Positions 30,748 through 40,573 of a stretch of 64,000 nt of DNA are shown one piece after another. The notes under the pieces were generated by a model. The model was given only the letters and a program-made list of their open reading frames with translations, made no database searches and was not told where the DNA came from. The translations under genes were made by a program, and so were the position numbers. This stretch comes from an uncultured Desulfospira sp. (GTDB lineage: Bacteria; Desulfobacterota; Desulfobacteria; Desulfobacterales; Desulfobacteraceae): the NCBI GenBank assembly GCA_963663165.1, contig OY760175.1, forward strand, positions 1,472,001 to 1,536,000, given 5' to 3'. Position 1 is the stretch's first letter; the number at the start of each line of letters is the position of its first letter.

Positions 30748-31410
30748 TCAGGCCGGCCGGGTTACCATCACCCAGAACCCGGTATCGTCATCAATCACCT
30801 GATATGTTTTCCAGTCCAGCTGCTCAAACATCAGGTCAAACCGCCGGTGGGCTTCGGTATCGCCTTCTTTTTTGGCATAGCAGTTCCAGTTGGGATCTAC
30901 CTTGGCCATATCTTTAATCACCTGTTCCCTAAGGGCAAGGCTGCCGAATCCGCCGCCGATATAGGTAGCGCCGCCCGGTGCCAGGATCCGGATGATTTCA
31001 GCAAAGGCGGTTTTCAGATCGTCCCAGAAAAACATGGAGCCCCGGCTGATGATCAGATCAAAGCTCTGGTCCTCAAAGGGCATGTCGTGAACGTCACCAA
31101 AGGCGGTGCTGATCCTGTTTTCCAGCTTTGCCTCACAGATATTGGCCTCGGCAATTTCCTGGGCGCCTTCTGAAAAATCAAAGGCGGTCACCGACATATC
31201 AGGGACGGCCCGGGCCAAGGCCATGGCCATCATGGCAGGACCGGTGCCCAGATCCAGGCATTTGCCCCGGCAGATGCCGGTGATATCTAAAACGTTTTGA
31301 ACAATTACCGGATATATGGGCTTAAACACGGTTTTGGCAATTTTATCCATATGCAGGGCACTGTCTTTGTTAAATGTGGGTTTCCGGGTCTGGGTCCAGT
31401 TTCTGGTCAT
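30748..31410 (-). CDS. Class I SAM-dependent methyltransferase
   Basis: LDLGTGP, GDVHDMPF, SRGSMFFW; ATGA overlap with the upstream radical SAM gene. Confidence 0.88.
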   Translation of the reverse strand: MTRNWTQTRKPTFNKDSALHMDKIAKTVFKPIYPVIVQNVLDITGICRGKCLDLGTGPAMMAMALARAVPDMSVTAFDFSEGAQEIAEANICEAKLENRISTAFGDVHDMPFEDQSFDLIISRGSMFFWDDLKTAFAEIIRILAPGGATYIGGGFGSLALREQVIKDMAKVDPNWNCYAKKEGDTEAHRRFDLMFEQLDWKTYQVIDDDTGFWVMVTRPA

Positions 31411-33155
31411 GATGTTTTTTTCACCTCCCATGGGAATTGCGGCAGCCGGCTGCTGGTAAAGGGCTGGCCGTAAAATATGTTATAAAAATCTTCGGCCTCT
31501 GATTCAAGGTCGAAATGAAAGACGGCCGGCCGCATGGTGTTGGCCACGGCCATGAGCCCTAAAATCCAGTCCGGGTTGGTGGAACAGCGAAAAGGGTAAA
31601 GGGAAAAGATCTGCCCGTTCCGGACAGCCGGTACATCAAGGCCATTTTCAAGGCAATAGGCCATAACGTCTTGTTTGGGCCAGGCCACGGCGTCAGAAAC
31701 GATCATGACATCCGGGGCCAGTTTATTGAACTCCTCCCGGGAAATCATCATCCCGGGCCGGCTTTCCCGCCGGATGAGCCGGTTGGTTAAAAATCCGCCG
31801 CCCCTTTCGGCCAGACAGGCCTCCATCTTGTCATCAAACACGGCGATCAGGGGATGGCCCAGGGAACAGTAAACCCTTGGCCGGTCACCCGGCTGTGCTG
31901 CCGCAACAATTGAATCCATCCGGGACCGGACAACCTCCCGGTACAGCAACGCCCGGTTTTCCAGGCCGGTCTGTGCCCCGAAAAAATCCATGGTATCAAA
32001 ATAATCCTCGGGCGTGTTCAGCCGCTGGTAGAGTCCCTTGATCATACCGGTCCGGATAACATGGGCCATGACCCGGTCCACGGTCTGCTTTTCGGCCACG
32101 CCAAGGGTGGCCAGAATAGAGCGGATCATGCTCATGGCATTGATGGTCCGGTACCCCCCGAAATACCCGAGATCACTTTTACTTTCCCGGTGAATCTTTC
32201 CCTTTATGGGCAGCTTATATCCGCACCGGCAGATGCCGTCAGGCCGGCTGTGGTTAAGGCTGGCGCACATGGGGCCGAAAAAACCCCGGGACATGATGGT
32301 TTCTTTGCACGACGGACACCGGGAGTTAAGGTGGCCGGTTCCCGGGGTATTGAACAAAAAGACATGGTCCAGATGGGCCTCAAGGCGACGGCAAAGATCC
32401 TCGGCCTCAAGGGCGCTGGGTTCCATGTCCACCGAGGCCGTGCCAAAGGGGATGAACCGCATGACCTGGCAGGGGATTTCCCGTGACAGGGAGGCAATAA
32501 ACCGGGCGGTGTCTTCAACCTCAGCTTCTTTGGCCTTTCTGAAAACCACAGACACTTCAATGTAAACATTCTTTTTGTACAGATACTCGATGTTCCGGAA
32601 AACCGGGGCCGGGTCCGGTATGCCGCACTCCCTGTAAACCTCAGGAGAGGTTCCCTTGATCCCGATGTTGACAAAATCAAGGTAGGGGATCAGGGCGTCC
32701 AACGCCTTCAGGGTCATGTATCCGTTGGTGGAGCAGCCCATCAGAAGCCCTTTGGTTTTGGCGATAATGGCCAGACGCATAAAGGTAAAATAAGAGACCG
32801 TGGGCTCGTTAAAGCAGAACATCACCCCGATACACCCGGTCTCTTGGGCCAGCGCCGGGATCTGCTCCGGGCTGACTTCGGCAAACTCTGCCCGGACCGC
32901 CCCGATGTGGTCGGTGATAATTTCAGACACACACCCGGGACATTTAAAATTACACCCCACCGTACACACCTGCAAAAATTTCCCATTGGGATGATAATGG
33001 ACCAGGGGCATGGATTCAATGGGCGTATCCACTGCCGCCAGGATTCTGTCCGGATACACTTCCCGGATCAGGTTGCCGGCAGCGGTAATCATTCCGCACC
33101 GGCCGGTTCTTCCTTCTTTGATGTCACAACCAAGTTCACAAATCGAGCATTTCAC
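31407..33155 (-). CDS. Radical SAM protein (AmmeMemoRadiSam/PFL-activase-like) fused to C-terminal metal-chelate binding-protein-like domain
   Basis: CSICELGC..GRC N-terminus, CNFKCPGC (CxxxCxxC), FNEP, STNGY; C-terminal RPRVY...APDVMIV...VPAVRNGQIF resembles the Fe/B12 SBP fold. Confidence 0.8.
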   Translation of the reverse strand: MKCSICELGCDIKEGRTGRCGMITAAGNLIREVYPDRILAAVDTPIESMPLVHYHPNGKFLQVCTVGCNFKCPGCVSEIITDHIGAVRAEFAEVSPEQIPALAQETGCIGVMFCFNEPTVSYFTFMRLAIIAKTKGLLMGCSTNGYMTLKALDALIPYLDFVNIGIKGTSPEVYRECGIPDPAPVFRNIEYLYKKNVYIEVSVVFRKAKEAEVEDTARFIASLSREIPCQVMRFIPFGTASVDMEPSALEAEDLCRRLEAHLDHVFLFNTPGTGHLNSRCPSCKETIMSRGFFGPMCASLNHSRPDGICRCGYKLPIKGKIHRESKSDLGYFGGYRTINAMSMIRSILATLGVAEKQTVDRVMAHVIRTGMIKGLYQRLNTPEDYFDTMDFFGAQTGLENRALLYREVVRSRMDSIVAAAQPGDRPRVYCSLGHPLIAVFDDKMEACLAERGGGFLTNRLIRRESRPGMMISREEFNKLAPDVMIVSDAVAWPKQDVMAYCLENGLDVPAVRNGQIFSLYPFRCSTNPDWILGLMAVANTMRPAVFHFDLESEAEDFYNIFYGQPFTSSRLPQFPWEVKKTS

Positions 33156-33252
33156 AGGCGTTTTTCCTCTATTAGATTTTGGATCTTAGACTTTAGAAAG
33201 GCCACCGCAGAATCGTTTTCCGATCTCCTGTTTCCGGTTTCCGCTCTCCCCC

Positions 33253-35292
33253 TTAAAATCTGAGCGTCACACCGGCCAGAAAGTTAAACCCGGGTTCAGG
33301 GCCGTTGGTTTCATAATAATCCTCATCCAGAAGGTTGCTTCCCTGGACAAAGAGCTCCGGCTCCACCGCCCCCACCTTGTCAAATCTCTGGGATAATTTC
33401 GCGTTAACCAGAAAATAGGACGGCAGCTCTTCCCATTCATAGGTATCTGAATTTTCCCAATGCTGGCCCCGGTTGTAGCAGGCCTGAATGTCGGCTTTGA
33501 GCCCGAAAGAAAACGTGTATCCCAGAACCAGGTTAAGCCGGTGCCGGGGCCGGCCTTCAAGGTCCCGGTTATCGTTGGATTTATCCTTAGTGGACATATA
33601 GGTGTAATTAAGGCCGATATTCAAGGATGGGGACAGGGCAACATCAATACCGGCTTCAACACCGTAAATAACGGCTTCATTAATATTGATATAAGCGGTG
33701 TCACCGTTAATTCTGGTGGTATCAATTAAATCTTCCACATCATTGTAAAAAAAGGCAGCGCTGGTCTGAATCCTGGGGTTAACCCGGTGGGATAGTCCCA
33801 CTTCATAGGCCAGGGTTTTTTCCGGGTCCAGGTCCGGGTTGCCGCCCACAAGGTCGCTGTAAAGTTCCTTTAAGCTTGGGAACCGGGTTTTTTGACCCAC
33901 TGACGCGTGAATACTGGTGGCCTCGGTGGCCTTAAACACGACCCCGATCTGAGGATTAAAGGCATCGCTTTTGCCGGGTTCGGGCTGGTCAGCGGTTTTG
34001 GTGGGTTCAAAAAAATCCCAGCTGGTCCCCACCACAATGGTCACCCTGTCCCGCAGGGAGAACTCGTTCTCCACGGCAAAGGTATAGGTCCGGGCCGTGT
34101 ATTTCTGGGGGTCGTCCCAGCCTGTAGCGGCCCATCCGTTTAAAACCGAGAAACAGTCACTGCTTAAATAGTTGCCCTCTTTGTGATTGTCTTCCATGAA
34201 ATTAACCCCTAAACGCAAGGTATCCTTGGCGCAAAGTTCGAAAGCGCCCTGCAATTCTCCGCCGGTGGAGGTATCTTCATAAAAGCTTTTTTCAAACCAT
34301 TTTTTCCCGCTGGTGGTATGGTCGGCATCCCAGCTCACATCGGTAAGGCCGTCTTCGTGGCTGACATAGAACAGCCTGGCCTTGACCCTGGCCTTTTCAC
34401 TGAAGTGATGCTCCCCAGCCAAATTAAGCTGCCATTGTTTCCAGTGGTCATAGGCCCAGTACCGGTTGTAAAAAGTGGGAACCCCCCGATCGTTATCCAC
34501 ATAATTAAAGGATAGATAAAGGCTTGAATCACCGCCGGGATCATATCCGACCTTCATGTCCAGATTTTTCTTTTCATAATCGCTCAAATCCCGCTTGCCG
34601 CCGTCTTCGTTGTACGGGGTGCCCAGGCCGACCACGGGGTCGGACGGGTCGAAATCACTGGACAACCGGTAACCGTCGCTGGTTTTAATCCCTGCAGAGA
34701 GCCAGTAATTGAAATTTTTGGAACTTCCCCCGTGACTTGCCGAATACTGGGCGGTATTATAATCGCCAAAAGCGGCGGACAGGGAGGTCTCAGGGGTCTT
34801 GCCCCCCCTTTTGGTAATAATGTTGATGACACCACCCATGGTATTGGCACCGTAAAGTACCGAGCTTGCCCCTTTGGTGATGGTAATCTTTGAAATGGTG
34901 TCCGCCGGCAACATGGACAGGTCCACAGTACCAAAATAGGTTTCCCTGGCCGGCACACCGTCGATGAGAATTTTGACCTGGCGCTGTTCAAAACCCCGGA
35001 TGCTGACATGGACATCGCCTTTGCCGCCGGACTGGACAAACACCCCGGGAATAAATTCAAGGGCCTGGGCGGCTGTAGTTGCGCCTTTGGCAGTGATTTT
35101 GGCCATAGAAACCTCTGTGGTGGTGGTGGCAAGGTCAGCGGCAATCTGCCGGCCGGTGATAATGACTTCACCCAGTTCAAATACCCGGCTGTCAATGGTT
35201 TCATCTTCTTGTGCAAAGGCCGTTACCGGCCAGGCCGCAACAAGCCAGCAGGACATTAACAGAAAAACGGTTCGCTTCATCATCAAGTTCAT
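33253..35292 (-). CDS. TonB-dependent outer-membrane receptor
   Basis: Signal peptide, IRGF..ILIDG, ITKGASSVLYGANTMGGVINIIT plug, C-terminal F. Confidence 0.93.
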   Translation of the reverse strand: MNLMMKRTVFLLMSCWLVAAWPVTAFAQEDETIDSRVFELGEVIITGRQIAADLATTTTEVSMAKITAKGATTAAQALEFIPGVFVQSGGKGDVHVSIRGFEQRQVKILIDGVPARETYFGTVDLSMLPADTISKITITKGASSVLYGANTMGGVINIITKRGGKTPETSLSAAFGDYNTAQYSASHGGSSKNFNYWLSAGIKTSDGYRLSSDFDPSDPVVGLGTPYNEDGGKRDLSDYEKKNLDMKVGYDPGGDSSLYLSFNYVDNDRGVPTFYNRYWAYDHWKQWQLNLAGEHHFSEKARVKARLFYVSHEDGLTDVSWDADHTTSGKKWFEKSFYEDTSTGGELQGAFELCAKDTLRLGVNFMEDNHKEGNYLSSDCFSVLNGWAATGWDDPQKYTARTYTFAVENEFSLRDRVTIVVGTSWDFFEPTKTADQPEPGKSDAFNPQIGVVFKATEATSIHASVGQKTRFPSLKELYSDLVGGNPDLDPEKTLAYEVGLSHRVNPRIQTSAAFFYNDVEDLIDTTRINGDTAYININEAVIYGVEAGIDVALSPSLNIGLNYTYMSTKDKSNDNRDLEGRPRHRLNLVLGYTFSFGLKADIQACYNRGQHWENSDTYEWEELPSYFLVNAKLSQRFDKVGAVEPELFVQGSNLLDEDYYETNGPEPGFNFLAGVTLRF

Positions 35293-35319
35293 TCTTTTCT
35301 CCTTTTTCAGGTGGGTGGG

Positions 35320-36423
35320 CTACCCGGGCGGCAGATGAGAAAGGATCTGTTTCGCCTGGGTCAACGTCAGGTTGTAATGATAAAATCGGGCATAATAATC
35401 TATAAGTTCGCCCGGCAGGTTAAGGTTCTGGAACAGGTCCGGATGGAACAGCCTGGCCATAAACAGGATGCACAAAAAGGACTCCGTGCTGAAATGGCTC
35501 CAGTAAAACTGGCCTTCAGGACTCATCACCACGTTCTGATTTTTAACGGCTTTGATGTGTTGAAACCGGGGGTTGGAGACGATGGGATCGATGGAGGGCA
35601 GGGTACTGACGATAATAATATCCGGATCCCATAAGATCATCTCCTCCGTGCTGACCGTAACATAATAGGAGGATTCGTCATGGGTGAGCATGGTCCCCCC
35701 GGCAGCGGTCACCAGCCAGTCCGCCGTAGAATGGCGGGTCTGGGTACTGGTTGAGCCATTAATCTGTCCGCAAAAATAAAATACCCTGGGCCGCTCGGAT
35801 AACGGGATCTGAGAGGTGACACGGGTCACTTTCCGGATCCGCTCATCCGCCCATGTACAATAGGCCTTTGCCTGTTTCCAGGCATCGGGGCCCAGCACCT
35901 GGCCATAAAAGCGGATCTGGCCGTACCAGTCTTCAAGAAAATCTTCCAGGGTATGCTGCCGGACGCCGCCGTCGTAAGGAACCACTACGGGAAGTCCGGC
36001 AGAAGTCATCAGGTCAATCTGTTTGGCAAAGGGATGGTAAATCACCAGGTCAACCTTCAGGTTAAGCATCTGCTCCACATCCGGGGCCCCGTAATTGCCT
36101 GACGCCGGAATACTATTTAAGCCGGGATTAACAACCATGTTCCAGGGCAGTGATACATTGGCTGCCATGGCCACCCGGTCAACAGCACCAAGGGCTAAAA
36201 GCTTTTCATAACTAGGTCCGAAAAGGCAGGCCACCCGTTGGGGAACCATAGGGATTTCAACACGACGGCCGGCCCTGTCCGTAACCACCCGGGTTTCCCC
36301 ATCTGCCCAAACCGGGGGCAGGCTGTTCAAACAAAACATTACCATCAGGATATACGCCAAAAGCCCGGGCCGGACGGTTTGAATTATCAAGGATCCATTT
36401 TTCGTGGTGAATCTCAGTGTCAT
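35320..36423 (-). CDS. ABC transporter Fe-siderophore/cobalamin-type substrate-binding protein
   Basis: VTDRAGRRVEIP..PQRV, WDPDIII, KAVKNQNV. Confidence 0.88.
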   Translation of the reverse strand: MTLRFTTKNGSLIIQTVRPGLLAYILMVMFCLNSLPPVWADGETRVVTDRAGRRVEIPMVPQRVACLFGPSYEKLLALGAVDRVAMAANVSLPWNMVVNPGLNSIPASGNYGAPDVEQMLNLKVDLVIYHPFAKQIDLMTSAGLPVVVPYDGGVRQHTLEDFLEDWYGQIRFYGQVLGPDAWKQAKAYCTWADERIRKVTRVTSQIPLSERPRVFYFCGQINGSTSTQTRHSTADWLVTAAGGTMLTHDESSYYVTVSTEEMILWDPDIIIVSTLPSIDPIVSNPRFQHIKAVKNQNVVMSPEGQFYWSHFSTESFLCILFMARLFHPDLFQNLNLPGELIDYYARFYHYNLTLTQAKQILSHLPPG

Positions 36424-36431
36424 GATATAGT

Positions 36432-37454
36432 TTATCCTTTGTCATTCCAGGGATTGGACCGGTTACGGATCAGAAGGTATCCAAAACAGGGGGCGCCGAT
36501 AATGGCGGTGAGAATGCCCACGGGGATTTCACCACCGGGCAGAAGCCGGGCGGCCGTATCCATGGCCAGCATAAAAATGCCGCCCAAAAGGGCTGAAAAC
36601 GGGACCAGCACATCATGGTCAGCCCCCACGGTCATCCGGGCCATATGGGGAATCATCAACCCGACCCAGCCGATACTGCCGCAAGGTGCCGTGGCCGCCG
36701 ATACCATCAAGGTGGCCAAAATAATATAAACGGCCCGGCGTCTTTCCGTGTTGACCCCTAAGGACAAGGCCTCTTCTTCTCCTAAGGCCATGGGGTTGAG
36801 CCCCCAGGAAAATGCCCGGCAGACCAAAATTCCGGCAAGAATCACGCCTCCGCCGCCGGCCACATCCGTCCATGTCACGCTGTTAAAGCTGCCCATTGTC
36901 CAGAACACAATGGCCGGCAGCTGTCCTAAAGGGTCTGCCTTGCACTTGATGTAAGACAGACCGGCAACAAAAAGGGAGGACACAATCACCCCGGCCAGAA
37001 CCAGGGTCGTGATGGACCGGTCCGCGCGTTTGCCAATCATATAGGTAATCCAGACCGCCACAAGGCCCCAGAAAAAAGCGGATATCTGGATAAACACAGC
37101 TGATCCTGAAAAGAAAAGCAGGCCCAGGGCTGCCCCGAAATTGGCACCGGAGGTAACCCCTAGAATGCCCGGAGAGACCAACGGATTCTTAAACAAACTT
37201 TGAAACACCGTACCAGAGACCGACAAGGCCGCCCCCACCAGGACCGACATCAGGATCCGGGGCATCCTGACAGACCAGAGGACAAGGCCTGGACCGACAA
37301 GGTCAGGGGTAAACTCCAACAGCCCGGTTTTGCAGACAATCAGTTTTCCCAGGGTGGATAGGCCAAGGGGATATTTTCCTGCGGCCAGAGCGATGCAGGA
37401 AAGGCCGCCGAGAACGAGAAAACCAATAAAAAATAACGGGTTGAATCTGGTCAC
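36432..37454 (-). CDS. ABC transporter permease (FecCD/BtuC family)
   Basis: RMPRI, QSLFKNPLVSPGILG, EEALSLG, GWVGLMIPH. Confidence 0.92.
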   Translation of the reverse strand: MTRFNPLFFIGFLVLGGLSCIALAAGKYPLGLSTLGKLIVCKTGLLEFTPDLVGPGLVLWSVRMPRILMSVLVGAALSVSGTVFQSLFKNPLVSPGILGVTSGANFGAALGLLFFSGSAVFIQISAFFWGLVAVWITYMIGKRADRSITTLVLAGVIVSSLFVAGLSYIKCKADPLGQLPAIVFWTMGSFNSVTWTDVAGGGGVILAGILVCRAFSWGLNPMALGEEEALSLGVNTERRRAVYIILATLMVSAATAPCGSIGWVGLMIPHMARMTVGADHDVLVPFSALLGGIFMLAMDTAARLLPGGEIPVGILTAIIGAPCFGYLLIRNRSNPWNDKG

Positions 37455-37466
37455 AGCACGCCCCCC

Positions 37467-38282
37467 TTATGCCCTGGCAACCGACTTCAGCACCAGGGGG
37501 GAGCCCTGGTTCATATCCGGGATAATGGTCACATTACCGGAGGCCTTGCCGGCAACAATGACCTTTATACCGTACACGGATTCAATGGTTTCGGCCTGGA
37601 ACAGGTCCCGGGCAGGGCCGCAGCCAAACACCCTTCCCTGTTTGAGCATCACAACGGTATCGCAGTACCGTGACGCTAAATTGGGGTCATGAAGGGAGAC
37701 CACGGTGGTCAGGCTTTCCTGTCTGGTGATCCGGTGAACCGTGTCCAGAATCAGGTGCTGATTTTTAAAATCCAGGTGGGCCGTGGGTTCGTCCAGCAGA
37801 AGAACGGAAGGAGACTGAAACATGGCCCGGGCCAGCAGAATAATCTGCCGTTCGCCGCCGCTAAGGGCATTGTAGGGCCGCTGACTTAAGTTTCCCATGC
37901 CAAGGGTTTCCAATATATTCTCTGCCTTTCCTGCATCATCCAGGGACGGGCGCTGCCACATGGAAAGCCTGGCTGCCTTTGCCATGAGGACCATGTGCAG
38001 GGCGGTAAATGAAAAGGCCACATCGCTTTGCTGGGGCACCACGGCCATAAGGCCGGCCACGGCCTTTCGAGACATGTCCCCTACCCGTTTTCCGGCAAAG
38101 CTTACATACCCTTTCCGGGGCTCAAGCAGCCCGTTCAGGCATTTGAACAGGGTGGTTTTCCCGGAGCCGTTGGGCCCTATAAGGCCGCAGATCCTGCCCG
38201 GTTCTACGCCAAAACTGATGTCCATTAAGACAGGGGTTTCTGAGTAAGCAAAATCAAGGTGATGAACATCAAGGGTCAGCAT
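37467..38282 (-). CDS. ABC transporter ATP-binding protein (FecE/BtuD-like)
   Basis: GPNGSGKTT, LSGGE, LLDEPTAHLD, LHDPNLA; start MLTLD after GAGGAG. Confidence 0.92.
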   Translation of the reverse strand: MLTLDVHHLDFAYSETPVLMDISFGVEPGRICGLIGPNGSGKTTLFKCLNGLLEPRKGYVSFAGKRVGDMSRKAVAGLMAVVPQQSDVAFSFTALHMVLMAKAARLSMWQRPSLDDAGKAENILETLGMGNLSQRPYNALSGGERQIILLARAMFQSPSVLLLDEPTAHLDFKNQHLILDTVHRITRQESLTTVVSLHDPNLASRYCDTVVMLKQGRVFGCGPARDLFQAETIESVYGIKVIVAGKASGNVTIIPDMNQGSPLVLKSVARA

Positions 38283-38324
38283 GGGGCTCCTCAAATTCAG
38301 GGTTATCGGGTACGCTGCCAAAAA

Positions 38325-38403
38325 TGTCGTTTAAAAATTATCTTTGTAGTTTAATCACGACACCATGAGAATGAGACATACTATTTGTCGTTTATAGTTG
38401 TCA
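38325..38403. promoter_or_regulatory. Candidate repeated operator TGTCGT-N6-ACGACA upstream of the ABC/TonB operon
   Basis: TGTAGT-ttaatc-ACGACA (38345-38362) plus TGTCGT half-sites at 38325 and 38386. Confidence 0.45.
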
Positions 38404-38628
38404 ATAACAATTTATTCACGTCAAACCCAACGGGTAATTTTTTCGCGAAAAATTTTGGAAATAGATTATGGGGGGGGGGACAAACCTATGGAAAGGAAAC
38501 GACGAGCCCGGATGTTACAATCATCTGGGATCTCGCGGTTGGAGTGGGCCATGGCCACGATTTGCGGACATTGCCCGCTCCAGCCGGACTTTTTTTCATG
38601 CTTTTTCTCTTGATCGAATTATTGTTTG

Positions 38629-38656
38629 GTGTTTGAACAAAAAGTCACCCATCTGC
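38629..38656 (-). repeat. Partial inverted end of the 1540/8114 dispersed element
   Basis: gtgtttgaacaaaaagtcacccatctgc is close to the reverse complement of gcagatgggtgatttttcgttcaaacac (8244-8271). Confidence 0.7.
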
Positions 38657-38668
38657 CATCACAATCCA

Positions 38669-39637
38669 TCAGGCCCGGGCAATAAACACGGCCCGGACAG
38701 GGGCCGGATACCCCTCAACGGTTTTCATGGGATTTTCAGGGTCCAGAAAATCTTTGAGGGACTCTGTCTGAACCCAGTCTGTTTTCCGCTGTTCTTCACA
38801 ACTGGTCCGGGTGACGTCAACACACTGAATATCTTTAAATCCGGACCGTTCAAGCCATGATCCCATGACCGCAAGGTCCGGGATAAAGAAAACATTTCTC
38901 ATTTTGGCATACCGGTCTTTGGGGAACAGGCAGCGGTGATCTGTCCCTTCAAGCACCAGGTTCTCCAAAATAATATACCCCCCGGGCTTAAGGGAATCAT
39001 GAATGGTTGACAGCATCTCAAGGGGCGATTTTCTGTGATACAGAATCCCCATGCAAAAAACCAGGTCAAATACCTGCTCTATTGGCGGCAGCCGGTCATA
39101 GGGAACCGGCAGGCAGAACACCCGGTCCTGTTTTAACAGTTTTCTGGCCGTCAGATACTGGTAGTAAAAGGCACTCTGGGGTTCCACCCCCAGGACAAAC
39201 TGCGGGGCATGGGCCGCCATCCGGAACATGTAATACCCGTTGCTGGAGCCGATATCCAGGATCCGCTTATATTTCAGGTCCGGCAGATGGGGCACCAGGC
39301 GGGACCACTTCATCCAGGACTGCCATTCGGCATCCACTTTAACCCCGAAAAAATCAAAAGGGCCTTTGCGCCAGGGGCTTAAGCGTTTGAGGGCGGCTTC
39401 AAGTCTGCGGTGTGCTCCAGGCTCCAGGCCGGTTTCCGATCCTGCCGTGACAAACCGGCCCCCAAGGTCGATGCGGGAAGGGGAAAGATCCGGAATTTCT
39501 TCAAATACCTGCCGGTGTTTGGCATAATTGCCCCCGGCCTGATCCAGAAAGGTGCGGGTTTCCTCTACCAGATTGAAAAGCGGGTCCTGATACCGCTCAA
39601 ACCCGAATTCTTTATACTGTTCTAAAAAGGCTTCCAT
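38669..39637 (-). CDS. cmoB: tRNA U34 carboxymethyltransferase
   Basis: PWRKGPF, DAEWQSWMKW, GILYHRKSP, RYAKMRNV, VEGYPAP. Confidence 0.93.
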   Translation of the reverse strand: MEAFLEQYKEFGFERYQDPLFNLVEETRTFLDQAGGNYAKHRQVFEEIPDLSPSRIDLGGRFVTAGSETGLEPGAHRRLEAALKRLSPWRKGPFDFFGVKVDAEWQSWMKWSRLVPHLPDLKYKRILDIGSSNGYYMFRMAAHAPQFVLGVEPQSAFYYQYLTARKLLKQDRVFCLPVPYDRLPPIEQVFDLVFCMGILYHRKSPLEMLSTIHDSLKPGGYIILENLVLEGTDHRCLFPKDRYAKMRNVFFIPDLAVMGSWLERSGFKDIQCVDVTRTSCEEQRKTDWVQTESLKDFLDPENPMKTVEGYPAPVRAVFIARA

Positions 39638-39648
39638 TTTATTTCCTG

Positions 39649-40374
39649 CTACTTTACAGCGATAAATGATGTGAAATGATGCCACTTAAGCCAGATGTCC
39701 GTCCGGGCGAACCCTGCCCGGGCCAACCGCTGAATATGGGTATCCACGGTTTCAGGCACCAGAACCTTTTCCAGGGCATCCCGTTTCTGGCTGATCTCAA
39801 GTTCCGAATACCCGTTGTCCAGTTTAAACTGCCGGTATTCGTCCAGCACAAGGTCGTTGATGATCCCCGGGGGCGGGGCAATTTTTTCAGTGAGCAGCAA
39901 TATCCCGCCGGGCAGCAGCCCGTCGTAAACTTTTTGGATCAGCCCGGTCCGTTTTTGAAGTTCCAGAAACTGTAGGGTTAGGTTAATGATCACCACCGAG
40001 GCATTGGTAATGCCGATATCTTCCATGCCGGCGCAGACCAGATCAATTTTTCCCAAAGCCCCTGATGCTTCGAGCCGGGACCGGTACTTCTCGATCATGG
40101 GAAGGGAATTGTCCACGGCCGTCATGGCAAAGGAACTGTCCCCAAACTGTTCCAGGATCAAAAATCCCAGGTTGCCATGGGAACAGCCCAGGTCATAGAT
40201 CCGGCTGTTTTCCCGGTAAAACCGCCTGGCCATCCGGGCCTGGCACCTGACCCCCTCCCGGTAAAGGGGGACTGAACGCTCCAGCATATCGTCAAACACC
40301 CGGGCCACCTCCCGGTTAAAGGCAAACGGCTGAACCTTATCTTTTTTTTGTGCAAATACCTTATCTTTTTCCAT
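39649..40374 (-). CDS. cmoA: Carboxy-SAM synthase
   Basis: VFDDMLERSVPLY, YDLGCSHG, NLTLQF, NGYSELEISQKR. Confidence 0.93.
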   Translation of the reverse strand: MEKDKVFAQKKDKVQPFAFNREVARVFDDMLERSVPLYREGVRCQARMARRFYRENSRIYDLGCSHGNLGFLILEQFGDSSFAMTAVDNSLPMIEKYRSRLEASGALGKIDLVCAGMEDIGITNASVVIINLTLQFLELQKRTGLIQKVYDGLLPGGILLLTEKIAPPPGIINDLVLDEYRQFKLDNGYSELEISQKRDALEKVLVPETVDTHIQRLARAGFARTDIWLKWHHFTSFIAVK

Positions 40375-40573
40375 ATTCCCTGCCTGTCCAGTTTGCCGGC
40401 ATTTTTATCCTATTTAATCGGCAATAGCAAGATACATGAGCCCGGCGTTTTCGGTCTCCTGTCTCCCGTCTCCTGTCTCCTTTTCCTTGTTTCTTATCTC
40501 CTGTCATGGTATTTTCCATTTATCATCCCGCCGTCTGCCGGAGATTCGGAAATATTCACAAGGAGGAAGAACC

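Noticed and set aside
40436..40573. Long N-terminal extensions in the ORF track for the ParM-like gene, ilvB, cimA, the exonuclease and larB
   Set aside because: They run through heptamer repeats or the upstream gene; internal ATGs fit the family N-termini, most with an SD.
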